Under the pieces are notes generated by a model that was not told where the DNA came from, did no database searches, and saw only the letters and a program-made list of their open reading frames with translations. The translations under genes and the position numbers were made by a program. A stretch of 63,749 nucleotides of DNA, filler included. It is 7 parts of 7 records of this genome, joined end to end, with 100 filler letters (N's around TTAATTAATTAA, not from the genome) between each part and the next. Parts side by side here need not be neighbours in the genome. Positions count along the whole stretch, not along the records: positions 48,042 to 60,197 come from SRR20825010_6962; 6 more parts are not named here. The stretch is one strand, 5' to 3'. Shown here piece after piece: positions 49,814-58,843 of the stretch; positions within the stretch are counted from its first letter, which is position 1, and each line of letters begins with the position of its first letter.

Positions 49814-49903
49814 ATGGTCCGCTTTATGGAAATCGTTCGCAAGTCGGTACATGCCTTGTTGCATCCGTATCGTCCTGAAAGACGCTACATGCGCGGCCGC
49901 TAG
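49814..49903 (+). CDS. 29-aa small protein with a YRPE.xYMRG motif
   Basis: GGAG RBS, MVRFMEIVRKSVHALLHPYRPERRYMRGR; motif recalled from alphaproteobacterial small hypothetical proteins. Confidence 0.65.
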   Translation: MVRFMEIVRKSVHALLHPYRPERRYMRGR

Positions 49904-50075
49904 GCCGGACGCAGTGCCTCGATACTACCTTTGCCCGTAGAGTTCCCCATCGGCGTGGACCGGTGCCTGTTTAAGACGGGGGATGCTCTTCCAACAGCGA
50001 AGCGGCTCTGTATACTGAGCACATACAGGGGCGACACCGCCGCGCTGCCAGGACATAGAGTGCCAGGACTATTAG

Positions 50076-51032
50076 ATGGAACAAGAACGCGCACATTCGC
50101 CGAGACAGGAAGATTACGGATACGATCTTGATCGTATTTACGCTTCCCTCGTTGGCGTTCGCACAGCAATTCCTGACGATGCTTATACGGCCGACCTGCT
50201 TGGCACGGAACGCAGCGGCAATGGCGTTGTCATCCGGGAAGACGGCCTGGTTCTGACCATCGGCTATCTCGTGACAGAAGCCGAGCAAGTGTGGATTACC
50301 GACAATTTCGGGCGCGCGGTCGCCGGCCATGTGATGGGGTATGATCAGGAAACCGGGTTCGGTCTGATCCAGGCTCTCGGCCATCTCGATCTGCCGGCCT
50401 TGCCGCTTGGTGATTCAGATGTCCTGAATGAGGGCGATTCTGTTGTGATCGGCGGTCACGGAGGCCGCAAGGGAGCGATCGCGGCCGAGGTGATGGCCAT
50501 TCGCGAATTTGCCGGATACTGGGAATATCTTCTCGATAAAGCGATTTTCACGGCGCCTGCGCACCCGAACTGGGGCGGCTGCGGGCTGATTGGCCCGGAC
50601 GGCAGTCTGCTCGGCATCGGCTCGCTGATGGTGCAGCAGACGGGCGAGGACACGGCGATTGACGGGAACATGGTGGTCCCTATCAATCTGCTGAAACCCA
50701 TTCTCGAGCAATTGTCGACCTATGGCCGGGTGGAAAAGCCGTCCCGCCCCTGGCTCGGGTTGTTTGGCACGGAAGTCCAGGACCAGGTGGTGGTGGCCGC
50801 GCTCAGTGCGAACGGTCCTGCGGATGAAGCCGATATCAAGGTTGGCGATATTGTCGTTGCCGTGGACGATGAGCAGGTCAAGTCCCTGGCGGAGTTCTTC
50901 CGCCATGTCTGGTCGCTTGGAGATGCCGGAGTGACGGTGCCGCTGTCGCTTGCCCGGAACGGCGAAATTCTGAGTGCCAATGTCCGGTCGATCGCGCGGG
51001 ATGCGCTGCTGAAGTCGCCGGCTCTGCATTAA
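50076..51032 (+). CDS. S1C/HtrA-like trypsin-PDZ protein with a degenerate catalytic triad
   Basis: SGNGVVI..DG.VLTIGYLV (His>Tyr), HPNWGG in place of GNSGG, C-terminal PDZ (WLGL, GPADEA.IKVGD). Confidence 0.85.
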   Translation: MEQERAHSPRQEDYGYDLDRIYASLVGVRTAIPDDAYTADLLGTERSGNGVVIREDGLVLTIGYLVTEAEQVWITDNFGRAVAGHVMGYDQETGFGLIQALGHLDLPALPLGDSDVLNEGDSVVIGGHGGRKGAIAAEVMAIREFAGYWEYLLDKAIFTAPAHPNWGGCGLIGPDGSLLGIGSLMVQQTGEDTAIDGNMVVPINLLKPILEQLSTYGRVEKPSRPWLGLFGTEVQDQVVVAALSANGPADEADIKVGDIVVAVDDEQVKSLAEFFRHVWSLGDAGVTVPLSLARNGEILSANVRSIARDALLKSPALH

Positions 51033-51084
51033 GACCGCTGCCTGTACATTTCGGCAGATGGGAATGGCCGCGCACTTTCTTTGG

Positions 51085-51096
51085 TGCAATGCAGCA
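51085..51096 (+). promoter_or_regulatory. Candidate PhaR box upstream of phaZ
   Basis: TGCAATGCAGCA fits the alphaproteobacterial PhaR motif TGCRNYGCASMA (recalled). Confidence 0.6.
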
Positions 51097-51190
51097 ATTT
51101 GAATGCCAATATTGTGTAGTTATTGTGCGGACTTTACGGCAGGCGATCGTGCCCGGCCGTTCGCGCCCGCCGGAACGCGGAGCTTAAGCG

Positions 51191-52453
51191 ATGCTGTATC
51201 ACATGTATGAAGCGACCCGTATGGCGATCATGCCATGGCGGATGGGAGCGCAGGCCGTGCGTAACACGGTTATGGCGCCCTGGAGTCCGCTTTCCTATAC
51301 GCCGATGGGAAAGCAGATCGAGTCCGCCGCAGAAATGTTCGAGCGGGTCACCCGGCGCTACGGCAAACCCGAATGGGGTTTGGACAAGACGGTGATCGAC
51401 GGCAAGGAAGTCGCGATCGAGGAAGAAACGGTCATCCATCGGACTTACTGCAGCCTGGTGAATTTCAAGCGCGACACCAAGCGCAACGATCCCAAGCTTC
51501 TGATCGTAGCGCCGGTTTCAGGGCATTACGCAACTTTGTTGCGGGGTACCGTGGAAGCGATGTTACCGGATCATGATGTCTATGTGACGGACTGGAACGA
51601 TTGCCGCTATGTGCCGATCACGGCCGACCGGTTCAATCTCAGCGACTATATCGATTACGTCATCGATTTCCTGCACTATCTCGGCCCGAATACGCATGTG
51701 TTGGCGGTTTGCCAGCCGAGCGTGCCGGTGCTGGCCGCTGTTTCCGTGATGTCTGGCTGGGGCGATAATTGCGCACCGGCCTCGATGACGCTGATGGGCG
51801 GTCCGATCGATACGCGGCGTAACCCGACAGCGGTGAACAAGCTGGCCAAGGAACATTCAATCGAATGGTTCGAGCGTCATGTCGTGACCGTCGTGCCGCC
51901 GCCCTATCCGGGCATGGGCCGACGGGTTTATCCGGGCTTCATCCAGCTCACCAACTTCATCTCGATGAATCTCGACAAGCACATGATCTCGCTTAACGAG
52001 TTGTTCGATCACCTGGTCCAGGGCGACGAGGAGGAGGCGGACAAGAAGAAGGCCTTCTACGATGAATATCTGGCGGTCATGGATCTGCCGGCGGAGTTTT
52101 ATCTGGAGACGGTGGAAGCCGTGTTCCAGAAGCATTCCCTGCCGAAGGGCGAGATGATGGCGCGCTGGAATCCGGTGAAAACAGAGCAGATCACCAGAAC
52201 CGCGATTCTGTGCGTCGAAGGCGAGCTCGACGACATTTCCGGTGTCGGCCAGACCCAGGCGGCGCTGGATATGACACCGAACCTGCCGGACTCCATGAAG
52301 CATTATCACCTGCAGAAGAATGTCGGCCATTACGGCGTCTTCAACGGTGGCCGCTGGCGCCGGGAAATCGCCCCGGTGGTGAAGGGTTTCATCCGCGAGC
52401 ACGATCACGAGCTCGGCGGCAAGGCCCGCAAGGTGCACGCAATCGCGAGCTGA
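51191..52453 (+). CDS. phaZ: Intracellular PHB depolymerase
   Basis: APVSGHYATLLRGTV, AVCQP catalytic Cys, GGPID, EGELDDISG.GQT, GHYGVFNG. Confidence 0.95.
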   Translation: MLYHMYEATRMAIMPWRMGAQAVRNTVMAPWSPLSYTPMGKQIESAAEMFERVTRRYGKPEWGLDKTVIDGKEVAIEEETVIHRTYCSLVNFKRDTKRNDPKLLIVAPVSGHYATLLRGTVEAMLPDHDVYVTDWNDCRYVPITADRFNLSDYIDYVIDFLHYLGPNTHVLAVCQPSVPVLAAVSVMSGWGDNCAPASMTLMGGPIDTRRNPTAVNKLAKEHSIEWFERHVVTVVPPPYPGMGRRVYPGFIQLTNFISMNLDKHMISLNELFDHLVQGDEEEADKKKAFYDEYLAVMDLPAEFYLETVEAVFQKHSLPKGEMMARWNPVKTEQITRTAILCVEGELDDISGVGQTQAALDMTPNLPDSMKHYHLQKNVGHYGVFNGGRWRREIAPVVKGFIREHDHELGGKARKVHAIAS

Positions 52454-52583
52454 CGGAACAGGCCATTTGCCCCACCCGTTAGCAATCGGAACGAATGGCA
52501 TGAGGCGACCGCGCTTGCGCTTTGCAGGACGCGGCGCCATCATCGCCGTTCTTTTTTCGACTTCCTGATCCCAGAGGATAAAA

Positions 52584-54128
52584 ATGAACGGCGCTGAAAG
52601 CCTGGTGCGAACCCTTGTCGCGTCCGGAGTGGACGTATGTTTTTCCAACCCCGGTACGTCGGAGATGCATTTTGTCGCCGCGCTTGACCGGGTCGAGGGC
52701 ATGCGTTGCGTGCTCGGCCTGTTCGAGGGCGTCGTCACCGGCATGGCGGACGGCTACGCGCGGATGGCGCTGAAGCCTGCCTCTACCCTGCTGCATCTCG
52801 GCCCGGGGCTCGGCAACGGCCTGGCCAACCTGCACAATGCGAAGAAGGCCTTCTCTCCGGTCGTGAACATCGTCGGCGAGCATGCGACTTACCATGTCGA
52901 ATATAACGCGCCGCTGACCGCCGATATCGAAGGCATCGCCCGTCCGGTGTCCGGCTGGGTGAAAACCTCGCGCTCCTCGAAGGATGTCGCGGCCGATGGT
53001 GCCGAGGCGGTTGCCGCTTCCATGGGCGTGCCCGGCCAGGTAGCGACGCTGATCCTGCCGGCCAACACCGCGTGGGAAGAGTCCGACGGCCCGGCCGCTC
53101 CGGTTGCCCCGGTCGCCCGGCCGAAAGCACCGGCGGAAGCCATTCGCGCGGCTGCGGCGGCGCTGACTTCCGGCGAGGAGTGCATGCTCCACATTTCCGA
53201 CACTGCGCTAATGGGCGAGGCTCTGGAGATGGCCGGGCGGATTGTCGCCAAGACAGGCTGCCGTCTGAGCTGCAAGACCAGCAACCGGCGCTGGGAGCGC
53301 GGCGCTGGCCGGGTTCCGGTCGAACGCATTCAGTATCCAGTGGATATCGCCCTGAAGCAGCTTGAGACGGTCAAGAACCTGATCCTGCTGGGCGCGCCCG
53401 TGCCTGTCGCGTTCTTCGCCTATCCGAACAAGCCGAGCGTGCTGATCCCGGAAAGCTGCAACGTCGTCGATGTAGCACCGGAAGGCTACGACCTGCTGGA
53501 CGCCCTGACCGCCATCGCAGCGGAACTCGGCGCGACCGATATCGAGCCGGTTCGTCAGAAGGCCGAAAAGCCCGCCCTGATGAGCGGTGAGCTGACGCCG
53601 GAGAGCATTGCGGCGGCCATCGGCCACCTGATGCCGAAAGACGCGATCATCGCGGATGAGTCCGTGACCTCCGGCCGGGGCTTGATGCCCTTCACGGCTG
53701 GCACCGAACAGCATGACTGGCTGTCGCTGACCGGTGGTTCCATCGGTATCGGCATGCCGTTCGCGACCGGTGCCGCAATCGCCTGTCCGGACCGCAAGGT
53801 GATCTGCCTCGAAGGCGATGGCAGCGGCATGTACACATTGCAGGCACTCTGGACACAGGCCCGCGAGAAGTGCGACGTCGTTAACGTTATCTTCGCCAAT
53901 AGGACTTATGAGATCCTGAAGGGCGAATTGATGAATGTGGGCGCGGAAAATCCCGGCCGGAAAGCCTTCGACATGCTGGAGATCGGCCGTCCGGACCTGG
54001 ATTGGCGGAAACTGGCCGAGGGCATGGGGGTTTCTGCTACCCGGGCAACCACTGCTGATGAGTTCAACGAGCAATTCAAACGTGCGTTGAACGAACCGGG
54101 ACCGCATTTGATCGAAGCCTGGATGTAA
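52584..54128 (+). CDS. Acetolactate synthase large subunit-like ThDP enzyme
   Basis: MNGAESLV, NPGTSEMH, LFEG, GDGS...N ThDP motif. Confidence 0.88.
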   Translation: MNGAESLVRTLVASGVDVCFSNPGTSEMHFVAALDRVEGMRCVLGLFEGVVTGMADGYARMALKPASTLLHLGPGLGNGLANLHNAKKAFSPVVNIVGEHATYHVEYNAPLTADIEGIARPVSGWVKTSRSSKDVAADGAEAVAASMGVPGQVATLILPANTAWEESDGPAAPVAPVARPKAPAEAIRAAAAALTSGEECMLHISDTALMGEALEMAGRIVAKTGCRLSCKTSNRRWERGAGRVPVERIQYPVDIALKQLETVKNLILLGAPVPVAFFAYPNKPSVLIPESCNVVDVAPEGYDLLDALTAIAAELGATDIEPVRQKAEKPALMSGELTPESIAAAIGHLMPKDAIIADESVTSGRGLMPFTAGTEQHDWLSLTGGSIGIGMPFATGAAIACPDRKVICLEGDGSGMYTLQALWTQAREKCDVVNVIFANRTYEILKGELMNVGAENPGRKAFDMLEIGRPDLDWRKLAEGMGVSATRATTADEFNEQFKRALNEPGPHLIEAWM

Positions 54129-54146
54129 TTTTGGTACATTCCCAAT

Positions 54147-55289
54147 ATGGGTCATACGCGTAAACGCGTCTCGATAGAGCGCCTCGCCGTTGAACAGCTG
54201 TCGCGCATGTTGCAGGCCGGGTCTTCCCGCGTCTTCAACTGCGCGGCTCTTCACCGCAATGTGCTTGCCGAGGGTGGCGCGCCGGGGCAGTTCCTGTTCA
54301 AGACGCGGGACCTGAACAACGCGATCTTCATGAAAGAGACCTATCCCGACGATGACATGCGGGAATCCGCAACGAAACCTGTCGGGACCAAGATTTTCTT
54401 TTCCTACAGCGAGAAAGCTCAACTCGACGGTGGCCGGTCCATTTTTCTGAATGACCGGAACTTGCGGGTTGCGCTGCAATTCCAGGCCGGCATGTCGGAT
54501 TCTCCGGAGTCCGAAGAAGCCGCGGCCGATATGAAGATCCTGGATATTCTGGACGCGCTTCCCTCCGTCGACCCGTTTCTGTTCCGGGAGCGGATGGAAG
54601 CCGAGGGATATGATCCGCATCCAGGGTATTTCGAGATCACCCCCGCCGAGTTTGGCCGGGTGCGCGACCACGTCATGAAGCAGTTCCAGCCGATTGTCGA
54701 AACGGCGTTCGAGGGCGTTACCGACGCCAATCGGGCGATTTATCTCAAAACGCTGGTCAACAAGCTTTGGGACGGCAACGACACGGATGCCCTGAAGCCC
54801 GTTATCCAAGCCATGCGGATACAGGATAGCGCCGCAGCGGACACCTTCTATTCATGGAAGGGCGTCATTTATTATGAGCATCTCTTTGCCCGCCGGCAGG
54901 AGCTCTGGAAGGATTACGCGAACTGGCTCAACACCGAGTCGCGTTCGCTCGACAGCATGCCGCCCTCGGCGCAAGCAACCCTGAACGACCAGATTGCTCA
55001 ATGGCGGAAACTTTATCAGAAGCGCTGGAAAGCGGTGCATCTGATGTTGGCCGAATACCGTAATTCCTATGAAACACTGTTCCGCGATCACAAGAGCGCA
55101 GAGCCGTTCATCGAATTTCTGCAAAAGGCCGGGAAACGCTTTTATCAGATTGGCGATTCGATGAGCCGGATTGATCATTCCATTGAGTTATGGCGGACCT
55201 ATGTGGGAGACTCCTCGATGCGGTTTCTCCGGTTCGAACAGCTTAATTCCCTGTCCCGCGTCAGCATACGCATTCTCAACGGAAGCTGA
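54147..55289 (+). CDS. Hypothetical helical protein
   Basis: 380-aa ORF in a tight gene run; LDALPSVDPFLFRE and WKGVIYY blocks; no recognised domain. Confidence 0.75.
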   Translation: MGHTRKRVSIERLAVEQLSRMLQAGSSRVFNCAALHRNVLAEGGAPGQFLFKTRDLNNAIFMKETYPDDDMRESATKPVGTKIFFSYSEKAQLDGGRSIFLNDRNLRVALQFQAGMSDSPESEEAAADMKILDILDALPSVDPFLFRERMEAEGYDPHPGYFEITPAEFGRVRDHVMKQFQPIVETAFEGVTDANRAIYLKTLVNKLWDGNDTDALKPVIQAMRIQDSAAADTFYSWKGVIYYEHLFARRQELWKDYANWLNTESRSLDSMPPSAQATLNDQIAQWRKLYQKRWKAVHLMLAEYRNSYETLFRDHKSAEPFIEFLQKAGKRFYQIGDSMSRIDHSIELWRTYVGDSSMRFLRFEQLNSLSRVSIRILNGS

Positions 55290-55292
55290 CGC

Positions 55293-56258
55293 GTGCTGAA
55301 GATCGAAAAACCGGCCGCGCTGGTTGCGCTGGAGCAGGCGTTTGCGTCAGCCAATGCAGGCGTGCACGGCTATGCCTTCGTTTCGGCGCCGCTGGCGATT
55401 TCAGCACTGCTCGATATGCTGGATGGCGGCAGTCATCTGGTGATCTCCGAGGGTGCCCATCCCGATACCTACCGGATGATCGAATCTATCCGCCGCCGTT
55501 CCGCCGGGCTCGGGGTCGGTTTCGCCAATATGGCGGATCTGGACGCGCTGGAGCTGGCGGTCACCGACGAGACACGGCTTATCTGGGTGGAAACCGTGTC
55601 CGGCCCCAGGCTTTCCCGGGCGGATCTCGCGCGGATCGTGGCCTTTGCCAAGGCACGGGACATTGTGGTCCTGGCGGATAATTCGGTTCTTGGCCACGCA
55701 ACGCTTCAGCCGCTTGCAGAAGGGTGCGATATCGTTTTCACATCGACTCTGGCGGTCCGGGAGACTGCCGGCCGTGGCGGGCTGGTGGCGTTTTCCGGGG
55801 ATATCGGGTTCGTCGAGGATCGTTTCGCCTACCTGCAGATGGCCTATGACGCTGCGCCCGGTCCGGGTGAGGCGGAGACGCTGTTGCAGGCTGTGAACGA
55901 TCTGCCGGAACAGATCGCCGCTCGGGCGGAGGCCGCCGCAGGGCTCGCCTCGTTCCTGGAAAAGCAGGGCAGCGTTGCGGAGCTTTTCTATCCCGGTGCC
56001 GGATGTCCCGATCTGTCGGTGAACTTTCATGGCCGGTCAGAAGACGTGCGCGCGGCATTGGCCCGCCTGACCGGGTTCCGGCCCGGCCCGGTGCCGGGGC
56101 AGCCGGGAACGTTCTGGCATTATGCGGACCGTGACTATGAAGCGGTTCCGGTAGCAATCCGTAGCGTCCTCGGTATTCCGGACGGTCTCGTCCGCTTCGG
56201 TATACCGTTGCAGAGCCCGGAGAGTTTGATCCGGGATTTTCAGGCAGCATTCGGCTGA
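55293..56258 (+). CDS. Degenerate Cys/Met-metabolism (cystathionine gamma-synthase-like) PLP-fold protein
   Basis: TYR, TRLIWVET, ADN, DIV, LGI.DGLVRF are retained, but the PLP Lys motif S-A-T-K reads STLA. Confidence 0.7.
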   Translation: MLKIEKPAALVALEQAFASANAGVHGYAFVSAPLAISALLDMLDGGSHLVISEGAHPDTYRMIESIRRRSAGLGVGFANMADLDALELAVTDETRLIWVETVSGPRLSRADLARIVAFAKARDIVVLADNSVLGHATLQPLAEGCDIVFTSTLAVRETAGRGGLVAFSGDIGFVEDRFAYLQMAYDAAPGPGEAETLLQAVNDLPEQIAARAEAAAGLASFLEKQGSVAELFYPGAGCPDLSVNFHGRSEDVRAALARLTGFRPGPVPGQPGTFWHYADRDYEAVPVAIRSVLGIPDGLVRFGIPLQSPESLIRDFQAAFG

Positions 56259-56355
56259 ACGGGACTTCTGAAATACCCGCACACAGACTCGGATTGAAGT
56301 TTCGGGCTGATATCGCTATATTTGAACCGTAATTCGGATCGGTTCTGAATGTCGG

Positions 56356-56664
56356 ATGGAGACGAACATGGCTGTTGGGCCAGCAGTAAGCGCATCGGTA
56401 GCGGACCTCAGAAACCTTACCCAGTCGCAGCAGGAGCCGGTTTCACGGCCTGCTCCGGATGGGGATGAGGGCGAAGAGCAGATTGGCGCGACCGGCGCCA
56501 GCATTGACGCCACCCCGAGTGAGCCGACAGTGGTGAACGTGACGGACAGCTCCGCAAGCCGTGGCGAGAACGATAATCCGGGCGCGGCCGCGCAGGGTGG
56601 CGACGGACGTTTGCCGGGCACGGGTGACCCGAACCGGGGCTCGACCCTCGATATCGCTGTCTGA
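56356..56664 (+). CDS. Small acidic low-complexity protein ending RGSTLDIAV
   Basis: 102-aa ORF with its own terminator; RG..LDI.V-type C-terminal motif. Confidence 0.65.
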   Translation: METNMAVGPAVSASVADLRNLTQSQQEPVSRPAPDGDEGEEQIGATGASIDATPSEPTVVNVTDSSASRGENDNPGAAAQGGDGRLPGTGDPNRGSTLDIAV

Positions 56665-56686
56665 ACCTGATCTTCAGACCGGAATG

Positions 56687-56712
56687 AAAGCGGCCCTGTA
56701 GGGCCGCTTTTT
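56687..56712 (+). terminator. Intrinsic terminator between convergent genes (probably bidirectional)
   Basis: AAAGCGGCCC-TGTA-GGGCCGCTTTTT. Confidence 0.85.
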
Positions 56713-56723
56713 GTTTGTGTGGC

Positions 56724-57275
56724 TCAGACCGTCTGGCCGAGCGGGTGCTGTTGATACCGCTTCAGGGCAACGGCCGCCGTCGCGGCGGCAATGACCTTCA
56801 GGGCATCGCCCGGAATAAACGGCAGGGAGCCATAGAGCGCCTTGTCCAGCGGAATTCCGGCGACGGCCACCATCCAGGCGATACCGCCGGCATAGATGAT
56901 CAGGATGCCGCCGAAGACATTGATCGTGACCGCATGGAGAAGTGCGTAGCGATCCCAGGTTTTTTCCGTCAGCCATCCGATCACGAAGGCAGCAACAGGC
57001 CAGCTGAACAGGAAACCGGCAGTAACACCGGAGAAGACTGCCGCGCCGCCACGTCCGCCGGCAAGCAGCGGCAGGCCGACTGCGACCAGCACCAGAAAGA
57101 CAACCAGCGCAAGGCCGCCACGCCGGGCGCCGAGGATGGAGCCGGCCAGCATGACGCCGAGGGTCTGCGCCGTCACCGGCACGCCGGTAATGGGCAGGGT
57201 GAGGGCCGGGAACAGTCCGAGCACAGCGGTAATCGCTGCAAAAAGAGCGATCAGGACAAGGTCGCGTGTGGTCAT
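56724..57275 (-). CDS. bioY: Biotin ECF transporter S component
   Basis: VPVTAQTLGV, GLPLLAGGRGG, TAGFL, PFIPGD.LK. Confidence 0.95.
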   Translation of the reverse strand: MTTRDLVLIALFAAITAVLGLFPALTLPITGVPVTAQTLGVMLAGSILGARRGGLALVVFLVLVAVGLPLLAGGRGGAAVFSGVTAGFLFSWPVAAFVIGWLTEKTWDRYALLHAVTINVFGGILIIYAGGIAWMVAVAGIPLDKALYGSLPFIPGDALKVIAAATAAVALKRYQQHPLGQTV

Positions 57276-57302
57276 GATTGAGAGTCTCCGTAAGGTCTGG
57301 TG

Positions 57303-57902
57303 TTAGAGATCGACGCCACGCGCCTCGATGGCGTCGCTGATCTGATCGGCACGGCGCAAGGTCAGCACCGTCATCGGGATCAGCAGGGCGAGCGGGTTGC
57401 GGTCCATGCCGCGGGCCTGTTGCGCCGCGCGAACGGTTTCCCAGGTTTCTGCCAGAACCGGAATGAAGCGGATGGTCATAGCGAAAACAAGGCTGGTCTT
57501 CTCCGGATTGAGCCCGAGCGGCGCGAGTGGGCGAAGCGCCCGCTCAAGCACGGACATCAGATCGGAGACGCGGGTCGTCAGCGTCAGCAGCAGGCCGCAG
57601 GCGATCATGATGGCGAACCGCAAAGTCAGCACGGTGCCGGTTTCGACCGAGGTGAACGCGGCATGTGCGGCAAAGAAGATCGTCAGGACAATCAGCAGTG
57701 GGCGGGCCTGACGGAAGATCTCCGATACGGGCAACCGGGCCAGCGGAAAACCGGTCAGCACCACGGCGAGCCCGGCACCCAGCAGCCGAGCGTCGTCGGT
57801 AAAAAGGATCAATAACCCCACTATGAGCAGCAGGCCGAGTTTCCACCCGGCGGACAGAGCATGGACCGGTGAATCCCGGCGGACATAGAGCGACAGCTTC
57901 AT
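57303..57902 (-). CDS. bioN: ECF transporter T component
   Basis: SPVH, RFIPVL, AQQARG and AIEARG motifs. Confidence 0.92.
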   Translation of the reverse strand: MKLSLYVRRDSPVHALSAGWKLGLLLIVGLLILFTDDARLLGAGLAVVLTGFPLARLPVSEIFRQARPLLIVLTIFFAAHAAFTSVETGTVLTLRFAIMIACGLLLTLTTRVSDLMSVLERALRPLAPLGLNPEKTSLVFAMTIRFIPVLAETWETVRAAQQARGMDRNPLALLIPMTVLTLRRADQISDAIEARGVDL

Positions 57903-58573
57903 CCCGCCATTTCCCTGTAAGCTGCAATGGCGTCCGTTGCGGGCCCATCGAAAGCGACGCGACCGTCCGCCAGCACCAGCACGCGCTCAGCCGCCGCCGC
58001 GATCTCAAGATCGTGGGTGACGCAGATAACCGTTTGTTCCAGCCCGATGATGGCATTCATGACACGTTTCCGGTTCTTCAGGTCGAGCAGGGTGGTCGGT
58101 TCGTCCAGCACCAGATAACGCGGCTCCCGGAGCATCGCGTTGGCGAGCGCGAGCAACTGCTTTTCCCCGCCGCTCAGGCTGTGGGAGGGCTGGTGACGCA
58201 AATCGGTCAACCCGTAGCTGTCGAGAATGCGTCCGATCCGTTCATCCTCGGCCGCCGGGGTGAGCTTGATGGCTTTCAGGCTGAACCGGAGGTCTTCTTC
58301 CACCAGCGGCATGACGATCTGGTTGTCCGGGTCCTGAAACAGAAACCCGACCTGCCGGCGGACATCCTTCGCGCTCTTGACGGTATCGAGGCCGTCCACA
58401 GTGACGGTACCGGAGCTTGGCCGGCGCAGGCCGTTGACCAGCCGGGCGAAGGTGGATTTACCGGACCCGTTGGCGCCAATCACGGCAATCCGCCGCTCCC
58501 GCAGCGTCAGGCTTATGTCCGCGAGAACGGTCCGGTCTCCCGCCGTCACGCTGACAGTATCGAATGCGATCAA
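57899..58573 (-). CDS. bioM: ECF transporter ATPase
   Basis: GANGSGKST, FQDPDNQ, LSGGEKQ, LDEPT; TTG start after GAGG. Confidence 0.92.
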   Translation of the reverse strand: MIAFDTVSVTAGDRTVLADISLTLRERRIAVIGANGSGKSTFARLVNGLRRPSSGTVTVDGLDTVKSAKDVRRQVGFLFQDPDNQIVMPLVEEDLRFSLKAIKLTPAAEDERIGRILDSYGLTDLRHQPSHSLSGGEKQLLALANAMLREPRYLVLDEPTTLLDLKNRKRVMNAIIGLEQTVICVTHDLEIAAAAERVLVLADGRVAFDGPATDAIAAYREMAG

Positions 58574-58843
58574 TGCAACGTCCTCTTCGCCGGTTCTCAA
58601 AGCCAGGGCGCGTGCCGATATGCCGCGCGGTCATGAACCGGATAGGGAGTGCAGGGCTTCTGCCCCATGCGCCTTGCGAATTCAAGTTGAAACAGATGCG
58701 CGGAGCGCCGGAGGCCGGTACAAGGCCTGCGATGTGCAGATCCGTCAGGTTTCAAACCGGCTTCAAAAAAACGTACTCAGCATGGATTTTACGTGCATCA
58801 TGGGCTGGAAAATTAACCCTAAGAATGCCGCGTAACTGTTGCC

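Noticed and set aside
49904-50075. 6S RNA, tmRNA or cobalamin/glycine/TPP riboswitch
   Set aside because: Hallmark conserved motifs are not present; kept only as an unassigned structured interval
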